The notes under the pieces are model-generated. The model saw nothing but the letters and a program-made list of their open reading frames with translations, made no database searches and was not told the DNA's origin. DNA of 64,000 nucleotides from Prasinococcaceae sp. CCMP 1430 (taxonomy: Eukaryota; Plantae; Prasinodermophyta). The stretch covers positions 70,767 to 134,766 of the forward strand of contig RQSC01000008.1 in assembly GCA_013416795.1 (NCBI GenBank), written 5' to 3'. The number at the start of each line of letters is the position of its first letter. Positions within the stretch are counted from its first letter, which is position 1. The translations under genes were made by a program, and so were the position numbers. Positions 35,103 to 46,413 of this stretch are shown in pieces.

Positions 35103-36321
35103 TTACTGCAGGGAGCGTGCGCGCGATCGATGTCAGCAACAGCGCACTCATTCCAATCTCCTGAGGTCGCGCGCGTCCATTCGCGCGTGCGCGCATGCGC
35201 CCAAGAGCGCGCGAGGACGCACCGTATCCGTCTTGGCCTTCTCCAGGCCGAGCACGTCCTTGAGAACACCGTACATGACCAGTCGGATGGCATTCTGCGG
35301 GACCACCTTCACCGTATTAGCCCACCAGCCTTGATAGAAGCCGTTGATGAAACCCTCTTTGCTGGCGATGGTCACCAGAGCGTTGCCCATGCTGCTGTAC
35401 GTGTTGCCCGCCATCTGCATCCTCCTCCGCACCGTATCGAGGGGATAGCACACCGTAGTGGCCACCGTCCCCGCCGCCGCGCCAACGAAAAGCTTGGTGA
35501 CCACGCCAGGCGGGACGCCCGCCTCAGCGATCTTGTTGTTAATGGTGTCGAATGAGAAGAAGTTGAGCGCAGTGTAGGGCGCCACGCCGACGAGCGTGGG
35601 GAAGATGCCTTTGAACATCGAGCCCGCCCCTTCCTTCGCGATCATTGAGCGCGCGGCGTGGATGGGCCCATGGTATCCACTGTTGGGCATGGCCAGCCGC
35701 AGGCGCACGGTGTCGAGAGGGTGCGTGAGCGCTGTGCCGGTCATGCCCGCCAGGCCACCGGCCACCAGCCGGCGCGCCGTGGTCAGGTTGCCATTCTCAT
35801 CCGCGAGGAAGGCCTTGTACTGGTCGTTGGCGGCGAGCTGCGCGGCCGAGTACGGGAAAATGCGGATGATGTTGACGCCGTTGCCCTTCCAGTACGCAAG
35901 AATGCCCTCCTCCTTGGCGATCTTGACCAGCGCCTGCCCCACGCCCGTGTACGCGCCCTGAGCGGCACCGCCCTGTCCGAGCGCCTGCACCTGCATGAGG
36001 AGCTTAATGCGGTCGAGCGGCGCCGTGCATGTGCGCGCGATGGCACCCGCGCCACCGCCCGCGAAGAAGAGCTGCCAAACGCGAGCACGCGGTGCGCGAC
36101 AGGCGGCGCAGGCGCGGTGCGTGCCACGGAAATGCGCAGTCAGCCACGCGGTCGGCCGGCGCGCGCGCGCTGTGGAAGGGGCTGGGGAGGAGGCGCACAG
36201 CGGCGGCGACGCGCTCGGAGATACGTGAGCGGTCGGCGAACCGCACGCGCCTCACCTTTGCGCTGCGCTCATACTGGCCGAGGAAGCCGCCGGCCGCCGG
36301 CTGTCGGGCGCGACGCTGCAT
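35103..36321 (-). CDS. TAAC: Mitochondrial-carrier-family nucleotide transporter, thylakoid/envelope ADP-ATP carrier (TAAC)-like, 3 exons
   Basis: Three Px[DE]xx[KR] signatures (APLDRIK, HPLDTVR, YPLDTVR); YWKGNGVNIIRIFPYSA. Introns 36072-36255 and 35106-35222. Confidence 0.85.
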
Positions 36322-37268
36322 GAGTCAGTTTCGCAGAGCGCGCGCCCGCGCGCGCGCGCGCGGCAGCCACACGATGGGCCGCCGTTCGCCGCCCCGCGAA
36401 TTCGCGCCCGCGCGCCGCGAAAAGCGAATGCGGCCGATCCTCTCAGCGCGCGTTTCGCGCAGCGGCCCGCGATGCGAAACAGTCATCGTCGACTTTAAGG
36501 GTTGGCACGAACCCAATCCAAACCAATTTCAGCATGTCATTTGCAAACGTGCCTGTCATGAGCATTTAGGGTCTGGGACTCCGTGCGCTGGCGTTCATTC
36601 ATCATTCGCGCATCACACACACGCATTGAGCACTTCGAAGAAAGAGCCCGCCCGGTCGGTATCGCTACGTGAGGAGATGACTGATCTCCCGTGGTTGTGT
36701 GTGACTGTACATTCAATCACGAGTTTGGACGGAGCGAAACTTGCCGAATTGGAATTGCCGCCGGCGAGGCGAATGAAACGACGCGGCTCGATTGATCGAG
36801 GAAAAGCAAGCCACGCCGGCAAAAACGCAATGAAAATCGCATCCGAAAACCGGAGCATCGATCCGATGCATCCATCCATCCATCGATCGGTCAGATCAAT
36901 CGATCCGCGCCGCCGCTTGGTTTGCCCCGCCGGCGATCCGTCTCCCACCACCAACAACAAAAAACGGATCCCAAAAAAAAACGGCAGAATCGGATGACTG
37001 ACGGACTGACTGACTGACTGACTGCATTGCAATTGGATTGATGGATTGGTGGATTGCGGGAGACGACGAGGCGCGGCCCGGCCGGAAGGGGCAGAGGAGC
37101 AGGCTCCCGGATGGGATGTTGCGGGCGCGAGCGCGCGCGCGCGGCGCGCGGGGCGGGGAAAACTGTATGTTTTTCCCCGGTTGGGTGGGGCTCGATCGAT
37201 CGAGCTCGGGCTCGAGAGGCGCGTCGCCGCGGCCGTTCGCGCCAGACGGCGCGCGCGCGGCACGTCAN

Positions 37269-37409
37269 GCGGCCGAGAGTGGCGAGGACCCCATCCAGCT
37301 CGCCGCGCGCTTCGCGGACGAGTTTCACGTCGACATGGAGGCGCTGCGCTGCCTGCCGCCCACCTTCGAGCCGCGTGTGTCGCAGCACATGGACGACATC
37401 ATCGCCATC
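37269..37409 (+). pseudogene. 47-codon internal fragment of cysteinyl-tRNA synthetase
   Basis: AAESGEDPIQLAARFADEFHVDMEALRCLPPTFEPRVSQHMDDIIAI matches the CysRS segment after TDxDDKII. It has coding-like codon usage. HIGH and KMSKS regions are absent. It starts at the N at 37268. Confidence 0.75.
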
Positions 37410-37533
37410 CGCCAGCGCCGCGAGCGCGCGGCTCGCGCGGCTCGCGCTGGCGAACGCGGCCACCGGGGCGTCGCGACGTGCGTGTTCCCTGCATCGCCCT
37501 GACGCTCGCGCGCGCGCGCTGCCGCCCGCGCAG

Positions 37534-40500
37534 TGGCGGCCTCCAAGGCGATCCGCTCGATGCGGCGCTGGGCATACCAGGTGACGCGCCGTCGCGACTC
37601 GCTGCGCCTGGTGGTGATGGCGACGCCCGAGGACATAAAAGCAAACGCGGAGTACGTGCGCCTCGCTGACGACTTCGTGCACGTGCCGGGCGGCGCAAAC
37701 AAGAACAATTTCAACAACATTGACCTCATCGTCAAGACGGCCATCCAGTGCGAAGTCGACGCCGTCTGGCCCGGCTGGGGCCACGCGAGCGAGAACCCCC
37801 GCCTGCCGCGCGACCTCGATGCGGCCGGCATCGTCTTCATGGGCCCGCCCGCGTCGGCCATCGACGCCGTGGGTGACAAGATCCGCGCAAACCTGCTCGC
37901 GCAGTCAAACCGCGTCAACGTCATCCCGTGGTCGGGCACGGGCCTGACCCTGGAGGGTACCACGGTTCCGCCCGAGACGATGGAGGCTGCGTGCGTCCAC
38001 TCCGCCGAGGAGGCGCTCGCGAGCGCTCAGAAGATCGGCTACCCCATCATGGTGAAGGCCTCGGAGGGTGGCGGCGGCAAGGGCATCCGCATGGTGAACA
38101 CGGACGAGGAGTGCGTGAATGGCTACAACCAGGTCATCGCCGAGGTCATTGGCTCGCCCGTTTTTTTGCAGAAGCTCAGCCAGCGCTCGCGCCACCTGGA
38201 GGTGCAGGTGCTCGCCGACGCGTACGGCACGGCCGTGCACCTCTACTCGCGCGACTGCTCCGTGCAACGCCGTCACCAAAAGATCATCGAGGAGGGACCC
38301 GTGGTCGTGGCCCCGGCGGACGTGCGCAGGGAGCTCGAGGACGGTGCCGTGCGGCTGTGCGAGGCCGTTGGGTACCGCTCGGCCGGCACCGTGGAGTACC
38401 TGTACAACGGCGACGAGTACTCTTTCCTCGAGGTGAACCCGCGCCTGCAGGTCGAGCACCCGGTCACAGAGTCCATCACTGGCATCAACATCCCGGCCTG
38501 CCAGCTGCAGGTCGCCATGGGCATCCCCCTGCACCGCATCGCCGACGTGCGCGCCTACTATGGCTGTGACCGGGAGGGAGATGATGTGATCGACTTCTCA
38601 AACACGCGCCCCAATCCTCCGCTCTGCCACTGCATGGCCGCGCGCATCACCGCCGAGGACCCGGAGGAGGGCTTTAAGCCCTCGTCGGGGCGCATCACCG
38701 AGCTCGCCTTCCGCTCGCAGCCCAACGTGAGCGCCAACTTTTCGATATCCACGACGGGCGAAGTGCACCAGTTCGCGGACTCTCAGTTCGGCCACGTCTT
38801 CGCGTGCGGACGGACCCGCGACGACGCGAACCGCCTGCTTGTGCACACGCTTAGTGAGCTCACCATCCGCGGAGAGATTGCGAACAACGTGAAGTACGTG
38901 GCCAATCTGCTCGAGAGGCCCGAGTTCGTCGCCAACGAGCACGACACCGCGTGGCTCGATGGCCTCATCGCGACGAAGCACAAGCCAAAGCCCGTGCCTC
39001 CGCAGGTTGCGGTTCTCTGCGGTGCCATCGTGCAGGCCGTGGAGTGCACGCGCGCCGCGCAGGAGCACGCGGTCGGTGTGCTCGCCCGCGGCGTGTCGCC
39101 CAGCGCGCAAGAGCTGCGTTTCAACGAGCTCATCTTTGAGCTCATCTACAACGACGTGAAGTACCGCCTCCGCGTCACGCGCGGCTCAGCGGACTCGTTT
39201 TTGGTGTGGTGCAACGGCGCGCTCACCAAGGCGCACGTGGTGACGCTCGCCGACGGTGGCTTCCTCGTGCTGGTCGACGGCCAGTCCCACAAGGTGTACG
39301 AGAACCTCTCCAAGGTTGGGAAGCGCATCATGATCGACGGTGCGCCCTGCTTCTTCCCCGACGACTTGGACCCCTCGTGCCTGGTGGCCACGTCCGCCGG
39401 CAAGCTGGTCGAGTACCTCGTGCCCGACGGTGGAAAGGTGGCCGCAGGCCAGCCCTACGCCAACATGGAAGCGATGAAGATGATCCTGCCGCTTGTCGCG
39501 GGCGTCGCGGGCACCATCAACCACAAGGTCGCCCCCGGGAGCGCCATTGACCTCGGCGAGACCATCGCTAAGCTCGACTTGGAGGACCCCTCGAAGGTGA
39601 AGCTGGTCCCGATGTTTGACGGCCAGTTCCCTGCGCTTGCGCCACGCCGCTCGTCGTCGAAGGGCGCGGGTGAAGTGCAAAACCTCGCCGACGCCTTCGT
39701 CACCGCGCGCGAGAGCCTAACAAACCTGATGAGGGGCGAGGACGTTATCGGGGACCCATTCTCAGAGCTGATGACCTTCCTGTCCGACCCGCGCCTGGCC
39801 GTGCAGATGATGGGCGAGCAGGTCGAACTGCTCGCGGCCACGCTTCCCGACGCTCCCGCGAGGGAGCTGATGTCGCTGCAGCGCGCGGCTGCCTCCACCG
39901 CCTCGACGCTCGCCGAGTCAAAGTACGGTCGCAAGGGCCTCGGTGAGGACGACATCTCTCTCATCGTCAAGTCGTACAAGGCCTTCCTCGCAAAGCACGC
40001 TGATGCCGCGCCTCTCGCGATCGTCGAGGGGATGGAGGCTGTGCTCGACAAGTTCCAGGACGGCTTCGCCGTGTTCGGCACGGGCGTGCTCTGCTCTTTG
40101 CTGCAGGAATATCTCGACGTCGAGAACGCCTTCTCGGGCCTGCCGCTGCAGGACGCCATGCTGGCGCTGCGCGAGGCGCACGCCGACGATCTGAGCAAGG
40201 CGGTTGAATTCGGCTACTCGCACATGTCCCTCAACCGCAAGAATGCGCTCGTGGTTGAGGTACTCATTCAGCTCGCCGACATGACGCACGTGCTGGAGGT
40301 GGCCGAGATCATTTCTTCCCTCACCGCGCTCGAGGGCTCTGCGTACTCGGACGTCGTGCAGGCGGCCAACAAGGCGCTGCTAGCGGCCGAGGGCCAGCAG
40401 CGCGACTCGGACCGCAAGTGGAAGTCCCTGCAAGAGCATTTCAAGATGAGCCTCGACCTGCTCAAGGATATTCAGTCGGACGATGAGGACGCGAACTCCC

Positions 40501-43500
40501 CGCGCATCCGTGTGCGTCCCAAGTCGAGTGAGTCGAAAGGCGTCGTGCCGCCTCATGGGGAGGGAAACGGCCGCAAGCACCTCAGCATCTGCACCTCAAT
40601 GTCACTTGACGACTTGGTGTCCTCCAACTCGAGCGATGACTGTGAGGTGGACTCGGCAATCTCGCGTGTCGGCCGCTCAACCCGCCAGGGAACACGCGTG
40701 AAGAAGTCGCGCCACACCTCGGACTCGATCATGCATGCCGTGCAGATCTCCGAGGCCGTGCGCGATCACGACTTTCGAAAGGACCGCCAGCCCATGCAGG
40801 CCATCACCTGGACGAGCCTGTTCGACGATTCGAACACGCAGAAGCGTGTATCCACCGTCAAGTTTTGGTTCAAGCAGTATCACGCGCACGATATCACGTG
40901 TGAGCCGAGGGCTGACTCGCTGTGCGTCAAATTCAATGGTGACAAGGTGGTCATGCACATGGTGAAGGGTGTGGAGCAGATGATCGCGGTGCTTTCCAGC
41001 GACAACTTCGTGAACCACAGGTTGTTGGGCTTCACCCTCAACATGCCGGGCATGCGCGCGCGCTCTTTCGACGAGCTCAACCAGCACTTCGAGCGGATTC
41101 TGAGGGAGCACACGCCGAAGGGCTGGGCTTACGGCACGCCGGGAATCGTCTACGTCACGGTTGCAGAGGAGGGCGTCGCACCCACCCACCTGTACTTCAC
41201 CGTGACGCCTGTAGAGGAGGCCTCCGACAAGGGCCCCACGACTGTGGCACCGCTTCCGGGCCTGATGGACATCGATCCCGTTCTGGCCGCACACTATGAG
41301 ATTAGCCGCCTGTCGGGCTTCTCCTACAAGAACATCTCGAACATGGCGAGTTCAGGCAAGTGCCCGGCAGGCACGAGGAAAGAGTTCAGTTTCATGGCCA
41401 AGAGCGCTGACTACCACATCGGCGTCTTCCTTGGCGAGGAACTGGCGCCCGTTAAAACCGCAGGCATGCACGACCGCCGCGTGTTCCTGCGCGCCGCCGT
41501 GTACAACAAGGCCATCTTCCTCGAGGAGAAGTCGCTGTCATCGCTGCCGGCGGCCTCGGCGGGCCATGCGCGCTCTTTGTCGGCCGTGTTCGACAGGAAG
41601 GCGCAGGACGGCTCGCGCCCCAGGCTGCTCGCTGCCGGCAAATCGACGGCTCTACGCAAGACTCGCTTGCTGAAGGGTTCTCGCACCTCGTACTCTAGCC
41701 TGAGCACACTCAAAGCCCGCGACCCACCGGCTGACCCCATGGCGGAGGACGATTCATCGATGCCGCGCTCGCGTTCCGCCAACGAGGGGTTCGACGATGG
41801 CGGCGACAAGTGGCTCGGCCTGCGCGAAGACTCGATTCTGCGCGACATTCTCGACCACCTCAAGCTCACCGTCCCTGTCACTGAGACCGCCTGGAATCAC
41901 GTCTTCGTCAACATGATCGACAGCACACCCGAGGACGCCCACTCGGTCGAGCAGGTTGTGCGCACCTTCACCGATGAGTACGCGTACGACCTGCACGCGA
42001 ACAAGGTGGCCAACATCGAGGTGAAATGCGGAAACGCGCGCATCGTAGCCTCAAACCCCACCGGCTTGAGCTGGCAGATCACCGCCGCGATGGCGGAGGC
42101 GCCCTCGGGCGCTGCTGCTGTGCCCGGGTACGATGCCAAGCTCGAGCCCTATCCGGTGCTTAATAAGGTGGAGCGCAAGCGCATGCGAGCGCAGAACGTC
42201 AACTCGACGTACGTGTACGACTTCATCGAGCTCTTCGCGCAGTGCGCCCGCTCCGTGAACATCGTAGACATGGACGAAACGGACGATACCTTTTCGCACT
42301 TCTCGGCAAAGGAGCTCGTGCTGACTGGTGGCCCCGACGGCGAACTGGATGAGATCGTGCGCGAGCCCGGCATGAACAACGTAGCGATGGTTGCGTGGGA
42401 GTGCAAGGTGCGCACCGACGACTACCCAAACGGCCGCGACTTTATCCTGGTGGCGAGCGACATCACGCACTTGAGCGGTTCGTTCGCACCCGCTGAAGAC
42501 AACGTGTACAAGGCGGCGTTCGACCGCGCCATCGCTCGCGGCATTCCGGTGGTGTACATCGCCGCCAACTCGGGCGCGCGTATCGGGCTCGACGAGAAGG
42601 TCAAGGCGGCGTTCCGTGTGGCGTGGGTGGATGCCAAGGACCCCTCCAAGGGATTCAGGTATCTGTATCTTTCTGAGGGCGACTACGAGCGGCTGAGCGA
42701 GGGCGGGCGCACCTTCACAGCCGAGCGCATCGAGGAGGAAGGCCAGGTCCGCTGGAAGCTGGTGGACGTCTACGGTGGCGTGGGTGTTGAGTGCCTGCAG
42801 GGGAGCGGCACAATTGCGAGCGTCACCTCGAAGGCGCGCGCGGAGACGACGACGCTCACGTACGTCACCGGCCGCTCGGTGGGCATCGGCGCCTACGTTG
42901 CGCGCCTTGGGCAGCGTGTCATCCAGCACGCGCAGGCGCCGCTCGTCCTCACGGGGGCGTCAGCGCTCAACAAGCTTCTCGGCCGTGAGGTGTACTCCTC
43001 GAACGACCAGATTGGCGGCCCGAAGGTGATGGGCAACAACGGCGTGTCAAACCTCGTTGTGAACGACGACGTGGAGGGCGTCCAGGCCATCCTGGAGTGG
43101 CTGAGCTACGTGCCCGAGCGGCGTGGCGCGCCGCTCCCTTGGCGTCTGCCCAGGGACCCGTCAAGCCGCGAGCTGATCGTGGTGCCCAGCCGCGCGCCGA
43201 GCGACCCGCGCACGTGGGTTCGCGACTTCTTCGACCGCGGCTCGTTCACTGAATGCCTCATCGGCTGGGGCAAGACGGTGGTGTGCGGCCGCGCGCGCCT
43301 GGGCGGCACGCCCATAGGCGCCATCGCCGTCGAGACCCGGCTGACCGAGAAGGTGGTCCCGGCCGACCCGGGCTTCGAGGGATCGCAGCGCCAGGTGGAG
43401 CAGCAGGCGGGCACCGTGTGGTTCCCGGACAGCGCATGCAAGACGGTGCAGATGATAAACGACCTCAACGAGGAGGGCCTGCCGCTCATGATGTTCGCCA

Positions 43501-44252
43501 ATTTCCGCGGCTTCGCGGGTGGCCTCCGCGACATGTTCGGCGAGATCCTCAAGTATGGCTCGTACATTGTCGACGCGCTCCGCACCTTCCGCCAGCCCGT
43601 GTTCGTGTACGTGCCGCACGAGGGCGAGCTGCGCGGTGGCGCGTGGGTTGTCATCGACCCCACCATCAACCCGGAGATGATGGAGATGTACGCGGCGGAG
43701 ACGTGCCGCGCGGGCGTGTTGGAGCCCGAGGGCATCGTGGACATCAAGTTCCGCAAGCCGGACCTCATGAAGGCCATGCACCGCAACGATCCGTCGCTTG
43801 ATCTGCTTCCGAAGGAGGCCCGCGAGAAGCGCGAGCAAGAGCTCATGCCCCTGTACAAAAACGTCAGCGTTGCCTTCGCGGCAATGCACGACACGCCCGG
43901 CGTCATGCTTCAGAAGGGGGCCATCCGCGAGGTTGTGCCTTGGAAGCAGAGCAGGCAATTCTTCATCACGCGCCTGCGCAAGAGGCTCGCGATCGACGCC
44001 ATGAAGAGAGCGGTCATCGCGGCGTGGCCATCTGCGCCTACGGACGCGGTGCAGCGTGTGCTTGACGCGCACGCGGATACCGTGGAGATGCTGTCCACGC
44101 ATGTGCAGGGCCCGGTGAACGTCATGACGCCCGAGCTCGAGGCCGACGTGGCCGCTGTGCGCGCGGAGCACATCAAGGCGACAGTCGTCGCCATGTGCAA
44201 CGAGGACGCTGGAGCCGTGAGGGCCGCCATCGCTGCTGCTGATCTGTTGTAG
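37534..44252 (+). CDS. ACC1: Homomeric (eukaryote-type BC-BCCP-CT) acetyl-CoA carboxylase; single 6.7-kb exon, first exon unresolved
   Basis: AVWPGWGHASENP, KASEGGGGKGIR, RDCSVQRRHQKIIEEGP, LEVNPRLQVEHPVTE, biotinylation motif EAMKM, CT motifs GRSVGIGAY and RGFAGGLRDMF. Acceptor CAG at 37531-37533. Confidence 0.97.
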
Positions 44253-44347
44253 GCGGGACGAGACCTGCGAAGGCGAGACGCGTTGTGACCACAGACTGAT
44301 GGCAAACCCATTTATGTTGCTCTCGCCCTCCTATCTCAACTGAACCC

Positions 44348-44358
44348 TGTAAATTACA
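44348..44358. terminator. Back-to-back TGTAA green-algal poly(A) signals on both strands, between convergent ACCase and 2OG dioxygenase genes
   Basis: TGTAAATTACA gives TGTAA on + (44348-44352) and on - (44354-44358). TGTAA also occurs at or just after the stops of UMP-CMP kinase, Mbb1 and the sulfotransferase. Confidence 0.5.
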
Positions 44359-44687
44359 CACGCCGTCCTCCTTGGTTGGGGCCGCATTCCTTCGGCGACA
44401 CTCAGCGCCTCGCGCCCGCCCCGCCGTCGCCGGCGCACAACGCCACTGTCGCGCTGCGCTTTGGGTGCTCGCGGCGCTTGCGCACTGCACCGCGAGTCTG
44501 CCAGACACACACCCTCGCAGTGTACGTGCACAGTGTGCAACTCTGCGTCTTACGTGCATTCATGGGCGCGTGCAGAATGCAATGCCACTGGCAGCGCTCG
44601 CAGATCAGGCTTGGTTGCAGCTCGTTTGCTTGATACAGTCGGGGCCAGGATCGCCCGTCGCTTCATGCCGTGCCGATAGCCTTCGCG

Positions 44688-45917
44688 TCACTTCTTAGCG
44701 AGGAGCGTCACGCGGCGTTGGAAAATCTCTGACCACTTCTCAGGCTTGTACGTGGACGTGGCGCCCTCAGCGAGCAGCTCCTGGACCGGCACGATCAGCG
44801 GTTCATTGTACTCGGGCGAGCGGTTGGTGTAAGCGCATGAAAAGTAGGCGATGCCCGCGCGACCGTCGTGCGCGCCGGTCGGCATGCGCACGCGGTGCAC
44901 GGCGGACGTGAACGCGTCGTTGGACCACTGGCGCATTAGATCTCCGCAGTTGACGTACACGCCTCCCTTTACGACAGGAGGCGCGCGCCACTCGTCATCC
45001 TCAACCACCTCGAGTCCCGGACGGTCGGCGATGAGCAGCGTGCACACGCCAAAGTCCGTGTGCGCGCCAAGATGCGCGAAGCCGGGCTTGCCGGCGCACG
45101 GGTCGTCCGCCTCGTCCACGGGGGGGTAGAAGTTGTATCGCATCATACCGGCGTGCCCCTCGAGGGGCGTGATGAAGGTCCGGCGGTCCAAGCCCGCGCT
45201 CAGCGCGAGCAGCGCACGCACGTCCAGGCTGAGCGCCTCGAGCTCTCGCGCGTACTCAATGGACTTCTCGCGGAATGTGTAGGCGGCCTCCGTGCCTTCC
45301 GGCCACACACCCGCCATCGAGTGGCGCGCCATACGCTGACAGCGCTCATCGTCGGCGGCACAGGCACAGAAGATCTGTATGTGATCGACCTTGGGCTCGT
45401 CCGTGTCAGTCCTGTTCATCATACGCGCGATCGAATTCAGGCCCTTGCGCTGCAAGCCGAGAACCATCTTTGGCGGTGCGAAGTCGACCGGGAAGCGCAC
45501 GTTGCTGTCGCTGTGGATCTCGCGCATGAGGCGCAGCGAGTCGGCCATCAGGTCCTCGTCGATGCCGGTGTTCACCAGAATGAAGAAGCCGACGCCGCGG
45601 GCGGCCTCGCCCATGATATTGGCAGCGGCCGCGACGGCGTCGGCGTCTTGCTCGTTCCCGTCTGCGACGCCGCGGACGCCGGTCATGTCGACACGCGGCA
45701 GGTCGAGCGGCGCGGGCTGCCAGGGGGCGCCGTCATCGGGTGCGGCTGCCTCTGCAGCGGCGTTTGCGCGGTCGAGGGTGCTGTTGACGGCGTCGAGCGT
45801 CTGCGTGCCCAGGTCGGAGCCAACGTGCTGCACGGTGCGGGAGGTCGGGGGCAGTATGCGTGTCGTTGGCCCCGGCGCGGGGCCTGGCACCACGGCGTGC
45901 GCGACCTCGACGGCCAT
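44688..45917 (-). CDS. 2OG-Fe(II) dioxygenase, IPNS/DIOX family, paralog A
   Basis: LPRVDM, GVGFFILVNTGI, MMRYNFYPP, GAHTDFG, VYVNCGDLMRQWSND..SAVHRV, RAGIAYF. Intronless. Confidence 0.92.
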   Translation of the reverse strand: MAVEVAHAVVPGPAPGPTTRILPPTSRTVQHVGSDLGTQTLDAVNSTLDRANAAAEAAAPDDGAPWQPAPLDLPRVDMTGVRGVADGNEQDADAVAAAANIMGEAARGVGFFILVNTGIDEDLMADSLRLMREIHSDSNVRFPVDFAPPKMVLGLQRKGLNSIARMMNRTDTDEPKVDHIQIFCACAADDERCQRMARHSMAGVWPEGTEAAYTFREKSIEYARELEALSLDVRALLALSAGLDRRTFITPLEGHAGMMRYNFYPPVDEADDPCAGKPGFAHLGAHTDFGVCTLLIADRPGLEVVEDDEWRAPPVVKGGVYVNCGDLMRQWSNDAFTSAVHRVRMPTGAHDGRAGIAYFSCAYTNRSPEYNEPLIVPVQELLAEGATSTYKPEKWSEIFQRRVTLLAKK

Positions 45918-46361
45918 CCGCCTCTTTCTGATCGTGGCGTAGACCCGCTGTGGGCTAGTCCGGAGGGCTGCGTCCGGTGAGTCGGCGTTGCTGAGGCTGC
46001 AGTGCTGTACTCTCGCGGTGTGGCAGCGCGCGGGGTGTGGCGCCCTCGCGGGCGGGCGCTCGCCCGAGTGTCGCCCCTCACCGCCGCCGCCTGTGCTCCC
46101 TACAGCACCCACTCGCCGCGGTGCAGTCCGAGAGCTGAGCCTGCGCCGCTGCGTACTCGCGCGCTGCCAGCAGTTTGGCAGCCGAGGACGCGCCGGCCGC
46201 CGCCACCCTGACGGCAGCCCGGGCCCCGGGTCGGCGCTGCTGAGTGAGTGAGGGCCTGCGTCTCCCAAGCCCGCAGCGCGGCGGCGGCGCAGGGGCGTCG
46301 GCATTGTGGCGCTCGCCGCGCGCTGCGTCGCCGTGGGGGCGCGCGGCGGGCGACGCTGCAG

Positions 46362-46412
<51 letters not shown>
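46362..46412. repeat. 51-nt poly(C)/poly(G) tract between the two dioxygenase paralogs
   Basis: Directly visible homopolymer. Confidence 0.9.

Positions 46413-46413
<1 letters not shown>

Noticed and set aside
37269-37560. In-frame CysRS-ACCase fusion protein
   Set aside because: In the CysRS frame the donor at 37478 is phase 2 but the ACCase acceptor needs phase 1. That product stops at 37669, and the unspliced frame stops at 37502.
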